Source: a virus
Taxonomy: Duplodnaviria > Caudoviricetes
IMG/VR virus record: IMGVR_UViG_3300023274_000005
Coordinates: 1-51,971 of that record
Strand: one strand, 5' to 3'
DNA: 51,971 nucleotides
Every line of letters begins with the position of its first letter. Positions within the stretch are counted from its first letter, which is position 1. A model generated the notes under the pieces. The model was not told where the DNA came from. It saw only the letters and a list, made by a program, of their open reading frames with translations, and ran no database searches. This document shows, in pieces, positions 9,270-19,984 of the stretch. The position numbers and the translations under genes were made by a program.

Positions 9270-9980
9270 ATGGCTAGTGGTGATGGCCAGGTGTCCATTG
9301 CTCAGATTGCTGAGGCTGTCGGCAAGATCAGATTCGACAGGCACCTTGAGCGATTCGAGTTCAAGCCGTCGATCGGCATCGTTGCCAAGCAGCTTCAGGC
9401 TCTCGGCGAAGAGCTTAAGGACATGCGGGAACCTTTGACCAAGTCGGTCAAGGATGTCATGACCATTTCGCTGCTTGAGAACTTCATGTCGGGTGGCCGT
9501 CCGGACAAGTGGGAAGAGCTTACCTACTACACCAAGAAGCGTCGCCGCGAAGCTGCGCCTATGATCCTGGTACGTACTGGTGCCCTTGCGGACGTTGCAT
9601 CGTCACCAGGCATCTGGTCGATCGGGTCGCAGACGGCAGTCATTCGTGACATCCCCCAGAAGGTCTGGTACGGTAAGGTACACCAGGGCGGTGCCGAGGG
9701 CGATGACGCGTCAGGCAGCGTCTCAGCAGGTCAGTGGTTCAAGAAGTATCAGGACGCTGCACGCAAGGTAGAAGGTTCTGAGGCGACCCAGAAAGAAATT
9801 GACGACACTGCGTACAAGCTCTTCGACAAGCGTCTCTCCAAGCACGGCTTGGCTCCTCAGGCTACAGCCGACATTCCTGCACGTCCGTGGGCACTCTTCC
9901 AGGAAGAGGACATCGACGCCATCCAGAACATCTTCGCCGAGTGGGTTGAAGAGAAGCTCGAAGCCTTCGGGAGGATGTGA
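9270..9980 (+). CDS. Virion morphogenesis/neck protein (Mu gpG-like)
   Basis: F..GGRPDKW, LVRTGAL, YGKVHQGG, IPARPW motifs. Confidence 0.8.
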   Translation: MASGDGQVSIAQIAEAVGKIRFDRHLERFEFKPSIGIVAKQLQALGEELKDMREPLTKSVKDVMTISLLENFMSGGRPDKWEELTYYTKKRRREAAPMILVRTGALADVASSPGIWSIGSQTAVIRDIPQKVWYGKVHQGGAEGDDASGSVSAGQWFKKYQDAARKVEGSEATQKEIDDTAYKLFDKRLSKHGLAPQATADIPARPWALFQEEDIDAIQNIFAEWVEEKLEAFGRM

Positions 9981-10462
9981 TGGCACACGCGAAGATGCCT
10001 TCGGAGGTGGCTCAGCGCATTCTAGCACTGTTCGAGCGTGACAAGGATACGCTCTATCCGCCGGCTGACAATGCAGGTCAGAGTGCTCAGGTGCTCTACG
10101 GTGACCAGGATAGGATTGGCATTACGCCAACCATCTGCGTTGAAGCAGGTGTCGTAGATCGATCCTTGGCAAGTGCTATGGGTCCTCGTGGACGTGTCGA
10201 GAATGCCATCACCGTCTTCATCATCGTGTACTATGCACGTGTTGACGACAATCAGGTCACAAAGTTGGCTGCTGAGCAGTGCGCTGAGGCAGCAGCCAAC
10301 TACATAGACAGCAACCCTCAACTGGTTCTGGACGATGACGGCAAGGTTATTCACGGTTATGTCCGCTCAGTTGACCATGGCTACGCACGTAAGAACAAGA
10401 CATTGATGTACGGTAGCCGACTCACTTGGGTTGGCAAGACGAAGATGCAGTTGGGGGTGTAA
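9980..10462 (+). CDS. Tail terminator/completion protein
   Basis: Position before major tail gene; ~160 aa. Confidence 0.6.
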   Translation: MAHAKMPSEVAQRILALFERDKDTLYPPADNAGQSAQVLYGDQDRIGITPTICVEAGVVDRSLASAMGPRGRVENAITVFIIVYYARVDDNQVTKLAAEQCAEAAANYIDSNPQLVLDDDGKVIHGYVRSVDHGYARKNKTLMYGSRLTWVGKTKMQLGV

Positions 10463-10755
10463 TGAACTACTACAAGGTGACAGCACCTAAGGGTGAGGGC
10501 GATCAGATCGTTCCTCACCTGGGCATCTTCCAGCCAGGTGAGACGCGTCACTTCAGCCAGGACGAGATCGACCAGTACGTCGCCATGAACGGTGTTCCTC
10601 TCGAAGGTGAGCCCCTTCCGAAGGGATTCAAGATCGAGCGCGGCACCAAGAAGGCCGCCACCGAAGAGGCCGAGGAGCGGGAAGAGGCAGCCGTCACGGA
10701 GCAGGAGGAGAACGCCGCAGCGCTTCTCAAGCAGGCCCAGAAGGAGGGTAACTGA
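10462..10755 (+). CDS. Hypothetical protein
   Basis: Stop/start coupled on both sides; typical codon usage. Confidence 0.65.
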   Translation: MNYYKVTAPKGEGDQIVPHLGIFQPGETRHFSQDEIDQYVAMNGVPLEGEPLPKGFKIERGTKKAATEEAEEREEAAVTEQEENAAALLKQAQKEGN

Positions 10756-11696
10756 TGGCAATCGGCGTTGGCGCCAGCGGCGTTCTCGGCGTGTCACTCG
10801 AGACGGTTTCCGGGACGTATGTCGCTCCCGTGAAGTTCGTACCGTTCAACAGTGAGAGCCTTAACTTCATTACCGAGACCAACTTCCGTCGGTCCATCCG
10901 GAACAGTCCCGACGTGAACTTCGCGGTGCCCGGCAACACGCGCATCGAGGGCGACATCGAGATGGACGCCACGGACGACGTCGTTCCGTGGTTCATGTAC
11001 GCATCGCGTATGTCGGTCGTCAAGACCGGTGCCGGCCCGAACTACACCTACACCGGCACGCCGAACGCGAACGCCACACCGGCGAAGACGATGTCGATCA
11101 CGATCGTCCGCAACGGCATCGTCTTCGGGTACGTCGGGTGCGTGGTGGGCTCGTTCACATTCGGCATCGACGACGGCACGCTCACGTACAACGTGTCGAT
11201 CGTCGGGCAGGACGAAGCAACGCAGTCGGCACCCACCCCGACCTGGCCCACCACGACGCCGTTCGGTATGGGTCAGTACAGCATCGAGATCCCGACCTCG
11301 ACACCCGTGACCGACACCGACACGTTCGAGTTCCAGGTCGAGGACAACGCCGAGGCGAACTACCGTCTCAAGACGCCGTCACGTGGTGCACAGTTCGTCG
11401 CATTCGGCGAGCGCGAGGTCACGCTGTCGCTCACCCGCGACTTCGAGTCCAAGACCGACTACGACGCGTTCAAGGCGCTCACGTCGCAGACGCTGACCCT
11501 CACGGCCACCAAGGGTGCGAACAACTCGATCAGCATCGTCACGCCGGTGGCCCTGAAGGACACCTACGAGACCAACCTGGACTCCCAGGGAGACGTCGTG
11601 CGTGCGGAGATCGAATACCAGTGCCTGGTGGGCGCTGCGACGCCGTCATACACCCTGACAGTCAAGTCGCAGGAGACGCACGCCCAGCTGACGTAG
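10755..11696 (+). CDS. Major tail (tube) protein
   Basis: 313 aa, Thr-rich beta protein, strong codon bias, upstream of chaperone and tape measure genes. Confidence 0.88.
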   Translation: MAIGVGASGVLGVSLETVSGTYVAPVKFVPFNSESLNFITETNFRRSIRNSPDVNFAVPGNTRIEGDIEMDATDDVVPWFMYASRMSVVKTGAGPNYTYTGTPNANATPAKTMSITIVRNGIVFGYVGCVVGSFTFGIDDGTLTYNVSIVGQDEATQSAPTPTWPTTTPFGMGQYSIEIPTSTPVTDTDTFEFQVEDNAEANYRLKTPSRGAQFVAFGEREVTLSLTRDFESKTDYDAFKALTSQTLTLTATKGANNSISIVTPVALKDTYETNLDSQGDVVRAEIEYQCLVGAATPSYTLTVKSQETHAQLT

Positions 11697-11702
11697 CAGC
11701 GG

Positions 11703-11746
11703 AGAGGCGTGTGGAGTTTGAGTCTGCACGCCTCTACCAGTTAAAC
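11703..11746 (+). repeat. Dispersed element, arm+core copy embedded in a hairpin
   Basis: CGTGTGGAGTTT(11708)-N20-GTTAAAC; 9-bp stem AGAGGCGTG/CACGCCTCT. Confidence 0.75.
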
Positions 11747-11838
11747 AAGGTGGGAAGATGATCGAGGCAGTCGTCTTTGCTATCCACTTGTTCGAGTTTC
11801 AAGTGTTCATGTATTACCTGTTCAGAAGGAGAACAGCA

Positions 11839-12255
11839 ATGCCAGTCGCAACCATCATCGCCGCGCCGCAGCGTTACGAGCTGAAGACGCTGCCGGACGC
11901 CTACGTCATCATCCGACAGATGACGTACGGTGAGAAGATGCATCGACAGAATCTCACCGGTGCCATGAAGATCCTCAAGGACATCAAGTCCGACTTCGCA
12001 GGCGAGCTCGCCATGGAGACCCAGAAGCTCACCGAGTGGGACTTCGCCAACCTGGTCGTGGAGCACAACCTGGAGGGTCTGAACGATCCGCAGGACTCGA
12101 GCAAGGGCACGTTCAAGCTCGACTTCAAGAACTCCCGACACGTGTCGATGCTGAATCCTCTCGTCGGTGAAGAGGTGGGCACCTACATCGACAAGCTGAA
12201 CACCTTCGACGAGGTGGAGCAGGGAAACTTCGAAGGCGATTCAGAGCAGCGGTAG
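11839..12255 (+). CDS. Tail assembly chaperone (gpG-like)
   Basis: Between tail tube and tape measure genes; RBS AAGGAG; slippery GGGAAAC near the end. Confidence 0.85.
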   Translation: MPVATIIAAPQRYELKTLPDAYVIIRQMTYGEKMHRQNLTGAMKILKDIKSDFAGELAMETQKLTEWDFANLVVEHNLEGLNDPQDSSKGTFKLDFKNSRHVSMLNPLVGEEVGTYIDKLNTFDEVEQGNFEGDSEQR

Positions 12256-12467
12256 TTCAGAATCGCCCTGATGCTGAGCTGGCCGAGTTTCTGAACCTTC
12301 ACTCGATGTGCAAAGAGTTCGGCCAGCTCCCTTACCCTGGTGGACTGTTAGATCAGCCGTTCAAGCTGTATCTAGTCTTGGAGATGATCCAGACAGCCTA
12401 CTTTGAGAAGCAAGCCAAGGACGCGGAGAAGCAGCATAAGGAGGCGGCACGTGCCCGCAGCCGTTAG
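11839..12467 (+). CDS. Tail assembly chaperone gpGT via -1 programmed frameshift at GGGAAAC (12222-12228)
   Basis: The -1 frame is open from the slippery site to TAG at 12467 and encodes ...CKEFGQLPYPGGLLDQPFKL... Confidence 0.8.
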
Positions 12468-15400
12468 GGATATTCTCCTCCTGATTCGCTCTAAGGAGGA
12501 GGCAAGCCGCGCCATCAACAACGTGGCTGCTTCGATGCGTCGTGCGGGTGCCGCTGCTGAGGCCGCCAGTGCGAGGGCGCGAGCTGCCCAGCTGCGTGCA
12601 GCTGCTAGGCAGGCACAGCTCGCAGGTGCAACGCGTGCTCAGGTCGTGGCGCTTCAGCAGCAGGCACGTGCTTACGATCAGCAGGCTGCCAAGATTGAGC
12701 AGAATCGCAAGCGCTCCATGAACCTTGGCCATGCCATGGAAAACGTGGGACGGACTGCTCAGACTGTTGGCATGGTAATGATCGGTGCGGGGGTTGCTAC
12801 TGCATATGGTTTGAAGAAGGCTGTCGATGCGGCAGTTGCCTGGGACAAGCAGGTACGTCTGACGTACACTCAGGTGGACAAGCGCTTCAAGCCTAGTCTC
12901 CAGGAACTGTCGGCTATCGGGTTGCGAGTGGCGCACGACATTGCTATCCCGTTCGAGAACGTGCAGGAAGCACTGTTCGACGTCTTCTCGTCGACCGAAG
13001 CCAATCTGCCGCAGGCCGAGAAGCTCTTGCGTAGCTTCGCCAAGGCTGCCGTGGCAGGTAACACCGACGTGCAGACCGCTTCGCGTGCGACGATCGGTCT
13101 GATGAATGCCTACCAGGTACCTTTCAAGGATGTCAACAAGCTGCTTGACATTCAGTTCCAGCTGGTGCAGGAAGGTGTTGGTACCTATGAGGAGTGGGCA
13201 CAGCGAATCGGTCTCGTTACGCCGTCAGCTGTCCGTGCCGGTCAGTCCATTGAGACTATGGCCGCCGCGCTGGCGACTGCTACGCGACTGGGTACGTCTG
13301 CTGCTCGAGCGGGAACTGCTGTTGCTCGAGCTTTCGATGCGATGTCGAATCCTAAGACGGAAGCATCGCTGAAGCGCATTGGGGTTAATGTTCGTGATGC
13401 TAAGGGTAACTTCAGGCCACTAGTTGCAGTGCTTGCCGACTGGCGCAAAGAGCTGGAGAAGATGCCCAAGGAAGATCGCATCAAGAACATCCTTGACACG
13501 CTAAAGGGTGCTGGCTCAACTATCGAGGCACGTCGCTTCCTCCAGAACATCCTGCTCACTAAGGGCGGTCTCGAACTCTTCCAGGATCAGATTAAGGAGT
13601 TCGCGACTGACAAAGGTGCGTTCCAGAATGCGTACAACGAGATGGCAGGATCTGTTGCTGCCAAGACGCAGCTCCTGCGCAACGCCTGGATGTCGCTTAA
13701 GGTGTCAATCGGCGAAGCACTGATGCCTACCTTCAGTGCCTTGATTGGTAAGCTCCAGGGTTTGCTAGACTGGTTCAATCGTCTGCCCAAGAGTACGAAG
13801 AGTCTGATCGCACAGTTCCTGCTTTGGGGTTCTATCCTAGCAGTCGTAGGCGGTGCGATAGCAATCTTCATCGGCGCAGTAGTTACGCTTGCAGGCATCC
13901 TAGCTGTTGCAGGCGCCGCGTTGACTCCTATGCTGGCTGCCTTTGCCGCTGTCGGTGCTGTCGTCACTGTAGCAACAGCTGCCATTGCTGCATTTGGTAT
14001 TGCACTCTATACTGCTTACCAGCGCATGGGTCCGATTCGTAGTCTTCTGATCACTCTTAAGGAGTTCTTCGCAGCCGCCTTCAATAGCCTACGCGAATCG
14101 GCAATTAAGACTTGGCAGACGCTCTCGACTACCCTAGGACCTGGCCTGCGAGCCATCTGGGACGTAATTCAGAACAAGGTTGTGCCAGCGATCACTACCA
14201 TGGTCAACTGGCTCCGCAATAATCTTCTCCCGGTCTTGCAGGCTGCATGGCGAATCTTCTTGCAGCAGATACAACCCGCCTTGCAGCACCTCGGCGACAC
14301 GATGCGTAACTACGTAGCACCAGCGATCGCACAGCTCACAGCGTGGTGGAATCGTAACAAGGCTTCCATCTTGCCCCTCATCAAGATCCTCGGCGTGCTA
14401 GTTGCGATGATGCTACTCACGGCTGGTACCGTTCTTGGTGCAGTGATCACCGCTGTCAGTTCAGGGATTCGCATCTTCTTGATGTGGGCTAAGATCCTGA
14501 CGACGACTGTTAGGGTTGCGTGGCTGATCATCAAGGCTGCAATGTCTACCACGATTGCAGTCATCAAGGCGATCATCAACTGGTTCTCTAACCTTGGCAG
14601 CAAGGTGCAGGCCACGATGAGCCTCGCCAAGAATGCTGTGCAGAATGGCATCAATGCCATTAAGGGCTTCTTCAGTGGTGCCGGTAGTTGGCTTATCAGC
14701 GCCGGACGTGACATGGTCATGGGCCTTGTAAATGGCATTAGAGGTGCTATCGGCTCCGCTGCTAGTGCGGCGGCAGATATGGCTAAGTCTGCTATCACTG
14801 CTGCCAAGAATGCGTTGATCATCAAGTCGCCTTCTCGTGTGTTCAGAGACATTGGTGCTAACGTCGTTCGAGGCTTTGTCCTAGGCGTGCAGGGGAACCG
14901 CAAGAAGATCCAGAGTACCATGTTCGCGTTGGCTCGAGACATTCGCCGTTCGATCAACGATGCTGACATCAGCCGTACTGCCAAGCGTCAGATGTTGACT
15001 AAGTGGAACAAGCAGCTAGCGTTCAGCGAGAGTACTCTTCTGTCGCTAGAAGCGAAGCGTGCGAAGCTCCAGACGAAGCTGAACGCCGCAACTACTACGT
15101 ACAACAATCTGGTGAAGGCACGTACTGAGCTAGTCGACAAGATCAGGGACTCGCTTAGTTCGCTAACCGACCTCACCAGTCTGGACGAGGCACAGCAAGC
15201 GAATCCCCAGTCCATGATTCAGGGGCTCAAGGATCGCTTCAAGGCGCTAGTTGACTTCCAGAACAACCTGCTCAAACTTCGCCAGAGAGGTTTCGACCAG
15301 CTGACGATTGCCGACCTGGCGACTAAGGGAGTAGACGCTGCTGGTGGCATTGCGTCGCAGTTGGCTAACGCGACCGATGCTCAGCTGAGCGAGATCAACA

Positions 15401-15867
15401 GCCTTCAGCAGCAGATTCGCAATGCGTCTGACATGACTGCCAATAACATTGGCGACAGCCTTTACAAGGCAGGCATTCAGGCTGCACAGGGTCTGATCAA
15501 GGGTCTTGACAGTCAGATCGACAAGATCACTGCGCAGATGGTTCGCATTGCTAATGCTCTCGTGGCTGCAATCAAGAAGCAGCTGGGCATTCGCTCGCCT
15601 TCGACTGTGTTCCAGAACCTTGGTGTCAATACGGCTCAGGGTTACATCAACGGATACGTAGAGAGCATGAACGCGGCGCAGGCACGCCTAGCGCACGCTA
15701 CGATGTTCAATCCCGCCGCACCCATAATGCCTCCAGCTGGTGGTGGTAACGTTTTGGGTACACAGGTCATCAAGAACTACTACCAGGACATCAACATCTC
15801 CACACAGGAGATTGACCCGCGCAAGCACTCCGCTGAGCTGGGCTGGGAATTGCAGGCGAGGATGTGA
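12451..15867 (+). CDS. Tape measure protein
   Basis: ~1138 aa, Ala-rich helical, hydrophobic middle, IKSPSRVF/IRSPSTVF motifs; RBS AAGGAGG before GTG 12451. Confidence 0.95.
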   Translation: MPAAVRDILLLIRSKEEASRAINNVAASMRRAGAAAEAASARARAAQLRAAARQAQLAGATRAQVVALQQQARAYDQQAAKIEQNRKRSMNLGHAMENVGRTAQTVGMVMIGAGVATAYGLKKAVDAAVAWDKQVRLTYTQVDKRFKPSLQELSAIGLRVAHDIAIPFENVQEALFDVFSSTEANLPQAEKLLRSFAKAAVAGNTDVQTASRATIGLMNAYQVPFKDVNKLLDIQFQLVQEGVGTYEEWAQRIGLVTPSAVRAGQSIETMAAALATATRLGTSAARAGTAVARAFDAMSNPKTEASLKRIGVNVRDAKGNFRPLVAVLADWRKELEKMPKEDRIKNILDTLKGAGSTIEARRFLQNILLTKGGLELFQDQIKEFATDKGAFQNAYNEMAGSVAAKTQLLRNAWMSLKVSIGEALMPTFSALIGKLQGLLDWFNRLPKSTKSLIAQFLLWGSILAVVGGAIAIFIGAVVTLAGILAVAGAALTPMLAAFAAVGAVVTVATAAIAAFGIALYTAYQRMGPIRSLLITLKEFFAAAFNSLRESAIKTWQTLSTTLGPGLRAIWDVIQNKVVPAITTMVNWLRNNLLPVLQAAWRIFLQQIQPALQHLGDTMRNYVAPAIAQLTAWWNRNKASILPLIKILGVLVAMMLLTAGTVLGAVITAVSSGIRIFLMWAKILTTTVRVAWLIIKAAMSTTIAVIKAIINWFSNLGSKVQATMSLAKNAVQNGINAIKGFFSGAGSWLISAGRDMVMGLVNGIRGAIGSAASAAADMAKSAITAAKNALIIKSPSRVFRDIGANVVRGFVLGVQGNRKKIQSTMFALARDIRRSINDADISRTAKRQMLTKWNKQLAFSESTLLSLEAKRAKLQTKLNAATTTYNNLVKARTELVDKIRDSLSSLTDLTSLDEAQQANPQSMIQGLKDRFKALVDFQNNLLKLRQRGFDQLTIADLATKGVDAAGGIASQLANATDAQLSEINSLQQQIRNASDMTANNIGDSLYKAGIQAAQGLIKGLDSQIDKITAQMVRIANALVAAIKKQLGIRSPSTVFQNLGVNTAQGYINGYVESMNAAQARLAHATMFNPAAPIMPPAGGGNVLGTQVIKNYYQDINISTQEIDPRKHSAELGWELQARM

Positions 15868-16718
15868 TGGACGAGTTCGAGTACAAGCTAGGCGACACTG
15901 GCACTATTCTGAACCCTACGGATCAGACGGTGCCCTTCGTCGACATCACCAAGGTCAAGGGCCTTGACTCACCTGACTTCCGGTCGACCGAGCGTGACCA
16001 CGAAGGCGTCGACGGTGGCTTCCTGGATGCCGAGTTCGAGAAGATGCGTACCTTCACTTTTGAGGGACGCATTATCACGAACCACATCAATACGGAGACC
16101 TTCCTGGATACGTTGCGAGAGGAGTGGGCACCAAGTCGTACTCTGAAGCCCTTCTACTTCCAGCATCCAGGCATCGCAGAGCGTGTGGCGTTTGTTAAGC
16201 CCCTGGGCGTCAAGTTTGACATCGATGAGCTCCGTCGCGTTGGAAGCGTAGACGTGCAGTTTATGTGTCAGGCCGAGAATCCTATGCTCTTCGATAGCAC
16301 GTTGCAGACGCTGCCTATCGCGCAGGGCGTCAGTGCTATGACGGGTTTCGGATTCCCTCTCGGATTCCCATTCGGCTATGGTGCTCCTGTTGACCCTACT
16401 ACGACCAATGCTTACAATGGTGGCAATAGGCCAACACCGCCTACATTCACCATTCCTGGACCTGTAACCAATCCTCGCATCTTCCACCAGGGACAGTCTA
16501 AGGAGATGGTGTTCAGCATTACCCTTGGTGCTTCGGATACGCTTGTAGTCGATGCCTACTACCGAACGGTAAAGTTGAACGACACTGTATCACGCAGAGG
16601 TGCGTTGGTGCGTCCTGATTGGTTCTTCCTCGATAAGGGCGACAACTTCTTACAGTACCGCGCAGACACCACGGGCAACCCGCCAATGTCTGTCTCCTAC
16701 CGAAACGCCTGGAGGTAA
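15864..16718 (+). CDS. Distal tail protein (Dit)
   Basis: Follows tape measure gene; GFGFPLGFPFGY, GPVTNPRI, C-terminal YRNAW. Confidence 0.85.
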   Translation: MMDEFEYKLGDTGTILNPTDQTVPFVDITKVKGLDSPDFRSTERDHEGVDGGFLDAEFEKMRTFTFEGRIITNHINTETFLDTLREEWAPSRTLKPFYFQHPGIAERVAFVKPLGVKFDIDELRRVGSVDVQFMCQAENPMLFDSTLQTLPIAQGVSAMTGFGFPLGFPFGYGAPVDPTTTNAYNGGNRPTPPTFTIPGPVTNPRIFHQGQSKEMVFSITLGASDTLVVDAYYRTVKLNDTVSRRGALVRPDWFFLDKGDNFLQYRADTTGNPPMSVSYRNAWR

Positions 16719-16720
16719 CC

Positions 16721-18031
16721 ATGGCAATTCTGAACCCTCCAGCGTTCATGCAGAACGCTGGCGCTACTCACAGTGCCGAGCTGACGCGGCAGGCTATGGG
16801 CATGGGACAGGCGGGCCCCCGATCCGCCGCGTCCATGGTGCCGCGCAGTGGTGTGCACCCCCACCTGGGTGGCATGATGGCCGTCACTCAGAACGGCTCC
16901 CCCAACATGTCGGTGAACGTCGCCAACGGCGTAGCGTTCATCGGTGGTAGTGAGGGCCAGCAGTCCGGCTACGTCGTCTGTGCTACGTCAACTACGAATG
17001 TTACGATCACCGCTGCGCATGCATCGCTGCCGCGCATTGACATCATCGTGGCCAACATTCGTGACTCGGCCTACAGTGGTGCGAACAACGACTGGCAGCT
17101 GCAAGCCATTGCAGGCACGCCGGCAGGTTCTCCTACGGTACCGACTGCACCAGCCAATTCGATCGTACTGGCACAGGTTGCTGTAGCTGCTGCCGCTACG
17201 ACGATCACCAACGCCAACATCACCGACGTCCGTCCGTACTCTGCATATGGCGTCACGGTATGTCGTAGCACTGCCGACTACCCGAACCCTGCCGTTGAGG
17301 GTATGGTCGTGTACGACATGGCACTCAACGGTCTTGCCACCTACGACGGCACTACGTGGACGAACCCTCGCGGTGTACAGTTCTGGCAGCGAGTCATCTT
17401 CACTGCTTCAGGAACCTTCACCAAGGCAAGCTACGCCGGCCTCAAGAAGGTGTTCGTTCAGGTGCAGGGTGCGGGAGGTGGCGGCGGTGGCTCAGGTGCT
17501 GCCGGCGTTGGTGCTGACTCCTGTGGTAGCGGCGGGGGAGGTGGCGCCTATGCTGAATCGTGGCTCGATGCTTCGGCTCTTGCGAGCTCAGTGACAGTCA
17601 CAGTTGGTACTGGTGGTGCTGGTGGCGTTGGTGCCGCTAACGGTACTGCCGGCGGGTCCAGTTCGTTCGGTGCGCACGTTGTATGTGCGGGCGGTGCGCT
17701 AGGGGTCAACCGTCCTGCGAACATCAACAGCTTCGCAACCGCTGGTGGTGCTGGAGGTGCTGCCTCGGCTGGGGACGTACGCGTTGCTGGCGGTGCTGGT
17801 CAGTGGTGCTACGGTGACGCTAGCTACGCTGCCGGAGGCACTGGTGGTCATGCACGTATGGGCGGAGGCGGAGTAGCACCTGCGCTGAACGCCACAAGCA
17901 GCAATGCTAGTGGCAACGCTGGTGGCCTCTACGGCGGTGGTGGTAGTGGTGCAGCTACTACTGCTTCGGGAGCGGCTGCAACGGGAGGAGCGGGCGCTGC
18001 CGGCATTGTCATCGTGGATCTGTACATCTAA
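16721..18031 (+). CDS. Minor tail/fibre protein with glycine-rich C-terminus
   Basis: LPRIDIIV, PANSIVLAQVAV N-domain; GAGGGGGG repeats, GAAGIVIV end. Confidence 0.85.
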   Translation: MAILNPPAFMQNAGATHSAELTRQAMGMGQAGPRSAASMVPRSGVHPHLGGMMAVTQNGSPNMSVNVANGVAFIGGSEGQQSGYVVCATSTTNVTITAAHASLPRIDIIVANIRDSAYSGANNDWQLQAIAGTPAGSPTVPTAPANSIVLAQVAVAAAATTITNANITDVRPYSAYGVTVCRSTADYPNPAVEGMVVYDMALNGLATYDGTTWTNPRGVQFWQRVIFTASGTFTKASYAGLKKVFVQVQGAGGGGGGSGAAGVGADSCGSGGGGGAYAESWLDASALASSVTVTVGTGGAGGVGAANGTAGGSSSFGAHVVCAGGALGVNRPANINSFATAGGAGGAASAGDVRVAGGAGQWCYGDASYAAGGTGGHARMGGGGVAPALNATSSNASGNAGGLYGGGGSGAATTASGAAATGGAGAAGIVIVDLYI

Positions 18032-18043
18032 GGGAGGTGAGAC

Positions 18044-18892
18044 ATGTCTAGCTGGGTAGTCGTTCCGTGTCTACTGACGCTGCGAGACGAGTTCAACTAC
18101 GTCAGTCCGAACCGCGACAAGGGTGCCGACGGAACGATCGGCGACAGTGCACACACGAGTAGTTCCGACCACACGCCCGATGAGGACAGCGACGTCCTAC
18201 GTAGTAAGGACGCGGACAGCAAGAACGAAGTGCACGGTCTCGACATCGACTCGACCGGTCCGTGGCCGTGGTCGTTCGACTCGAAGATCAAGGCAATCGT
18301 CGCACAAGAGCGGTCGCGTTGGCTCGACCCGAACGACGTCTGTCGTCTCCAGAACGTGATCTGGAATGGGAAGATCGCTTCTGTCTCGTGGGACTTCGAG
18401 TGGCGCGACTACGACGGTTCCGATCCCCACACCAACCACGCACACTTCAGCGCAAGGTACCTAACACAGGCCGAGAACGATACGCGCCCCTGGGGCGTCA
18501 AGGGAGGTTGTCCGCTCATGGGAGTCTGGGATAGCGAAGCGGAGTACAAGGCATACCACGAGAGCCTGATCAGTCCTACCACCAAGGGCATCCGGAACGC
18601 GGTGCAGGACGACGAGGAGACTCGGGCGGCACTGATCCAGCTCTACGCGGACGGCATGACCGAGTGGATGTGGCGTGGGCTGCACTACCTGCGCAACGAC
18701 TCGACGTACCAGAACGCACCCGAGAGTTCGACGGATCCGGCGGTGCTCACCAAGAAGAAGATGCGGAGCGCCGGCGATACCTACCGGATCATGTGGCGCG
18801 CGGCCTTCCTCGCTGAAACGTCGAAGCATGCCGGAACGGCTCCTCCGCTGCTGCCGATCGAACCGCCCCCGCCGGGCTCGACGAGTAAGTAA
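18044..18892 (+). CDS. Endolysin-like zinc peptidase (M15-like fold)
   Basis: SDH...GLDID and DPHTNHAHFS metal-binding motifs, VIWNGKI. Confidence 0.7.
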   Translation: MSSWVVVPCLLTLRDEFNYVSPNRDKGADGTIGDSAHTSSSDHTPDEDSDVLRSKDADSKNEVHGLDIDSTGPWPWSFDSKIKAIVAQERSRWLDPNDVCRLQNVIWNGKIASVSWDFEWRDYDGSDPHTNHAHFSARYLTQAENDTRPWGVKGGCPLMGVWDSEAEYKAYHESLISPTTKGIRNAVQDDEETRAALIQLYADGMTEWMWRGLHYLRNDSTYQNAPESSTDPAVLTKKKMRSAGDTYRIMWRAAFLAETSKHAGTAPPLLPIEPPPPGSTSK

Positions 18893-18901
18893 GGGATCGC
18901 A

Positions 18902-19984
18902 ATGAGCTCCGAGATCCGCTACATCTTTGGCGATGTTCTCACCAATGAGGTCATCGAGGAGATCCCCTGCTTCGGCGTCTCGATCTCTGACAGCCTAGAC
19001 GGTGGCGAGTTTCGGGGCTCATTCGCCCTTGATCTAACCGGTAAGAACAATGCTGATCTGATCACTGCTACGCTGCCTGGCAAGACGTGGATCATAGTAG
19101 AGCGTAATGGTGTACCCATCTGGGGTGGGCTCAACTGGTCGCGCACCTACCAGAGCCAGGCTAAGAGCGTGCAGCTCTTTTCCAAGACGATGGATCAGTA
19201 TCTGACTCTGCGGAACATCGATACTGACCAGACGTTCGTAGGAGTCGATCCTCGTAACATCTTCAGGACGTTGCTATCCGACATGATGCTCACGGCTAAC
19301 ACTCCTCAGTGGGTACTGCCTGGTGTATTCGATACTGTAACGCCTGTCGACTTCAGCATACCTGGCTCGGAGCTTCAGTCCTACATAGAAGCCGTCGACA
19401 ACCTGAGTACGGTTCAGGATGGCTTCGAGTGGCGCGTCAACGTATCTAAGGCTGACGATGCATACAGCTGGTCCGTGCAAGTAGGCCTTCCGATGATCGG
19501 GCAGCCGCTGTCTGACTCTAGCGTGGCCTTCGATTACCCTGGCAACATCTTGAACTACTGGCAGAATGATACGCTTGGCGGTGCTGGCACTAACATCCAC
19601 GTTGCTGGTGCTGGTGAGGGTGATGCCATGGCAGTGGTGGAGATTGTGCATCAGGATCTGCTCGATGCCGGCTTCATCCGTATCGATCAGAACATCTCCC
19701 TCAAGCAGGTAGACGACATCGATCGCTTGGAGCAGCTGGCACAGGTTCAGGCGCAGATTCGTAAGGCACCTATGCCTGTCTACACAGTGGAGACCAAGGC
19801 CGATCGCGATCCGCAGTTTACCGACTGGACCTTGGGTGACTACGCTATCCTGAACTTTGAGGACGCGCTGCATCCTGAAGGACTACAACACGCCACACGC
19901 ATTCTGAAGTGGGAGTACACACCTCCGTCGAGCGACGCGACAGAAGAGGTTCGGCTGACCTTTGAAGGAGAGGATGCCGAATGA
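18902..19984 (+). CDS. Minor tail/baseplate hub protein
   Basis: VERNGVPIWGG, FDYPGNI, GAGEGD motifs typical of actinophage minor tail proteins. Confidence 0.8.
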   Translation: MSSEIRYIFGDVLTNEVIEEIPCFGVSISDSLDGGEFRGSFALDLTGKNNADLITATLPGKTWIIVERNGVPIWGGLNWSRTYQSQAKSVQLFSKTMDQYLTLRNIDTDQTFVGVDPRNIFRTLLSDMMLTANTPQWVLPGVFDTVTPVDFSIPGSELQSYIEAVDNLSTVQDGFEWRVNVSKADDAYSWSVQVGLPMIGQPLSDSSVAFDYPGNILNYWQNDTLGGAGTNIHVAGAGEGDAMAVVEIVHQDLLDAGFIRIDQNISLKQVDDIDRLEQLAQVQAQIRKAPMPVYTVETKADRDPQFTDWTLGDYAILNFEDALHPEGLQHATRILKWEYTPPSSDATEEVRLTFEGEDAE

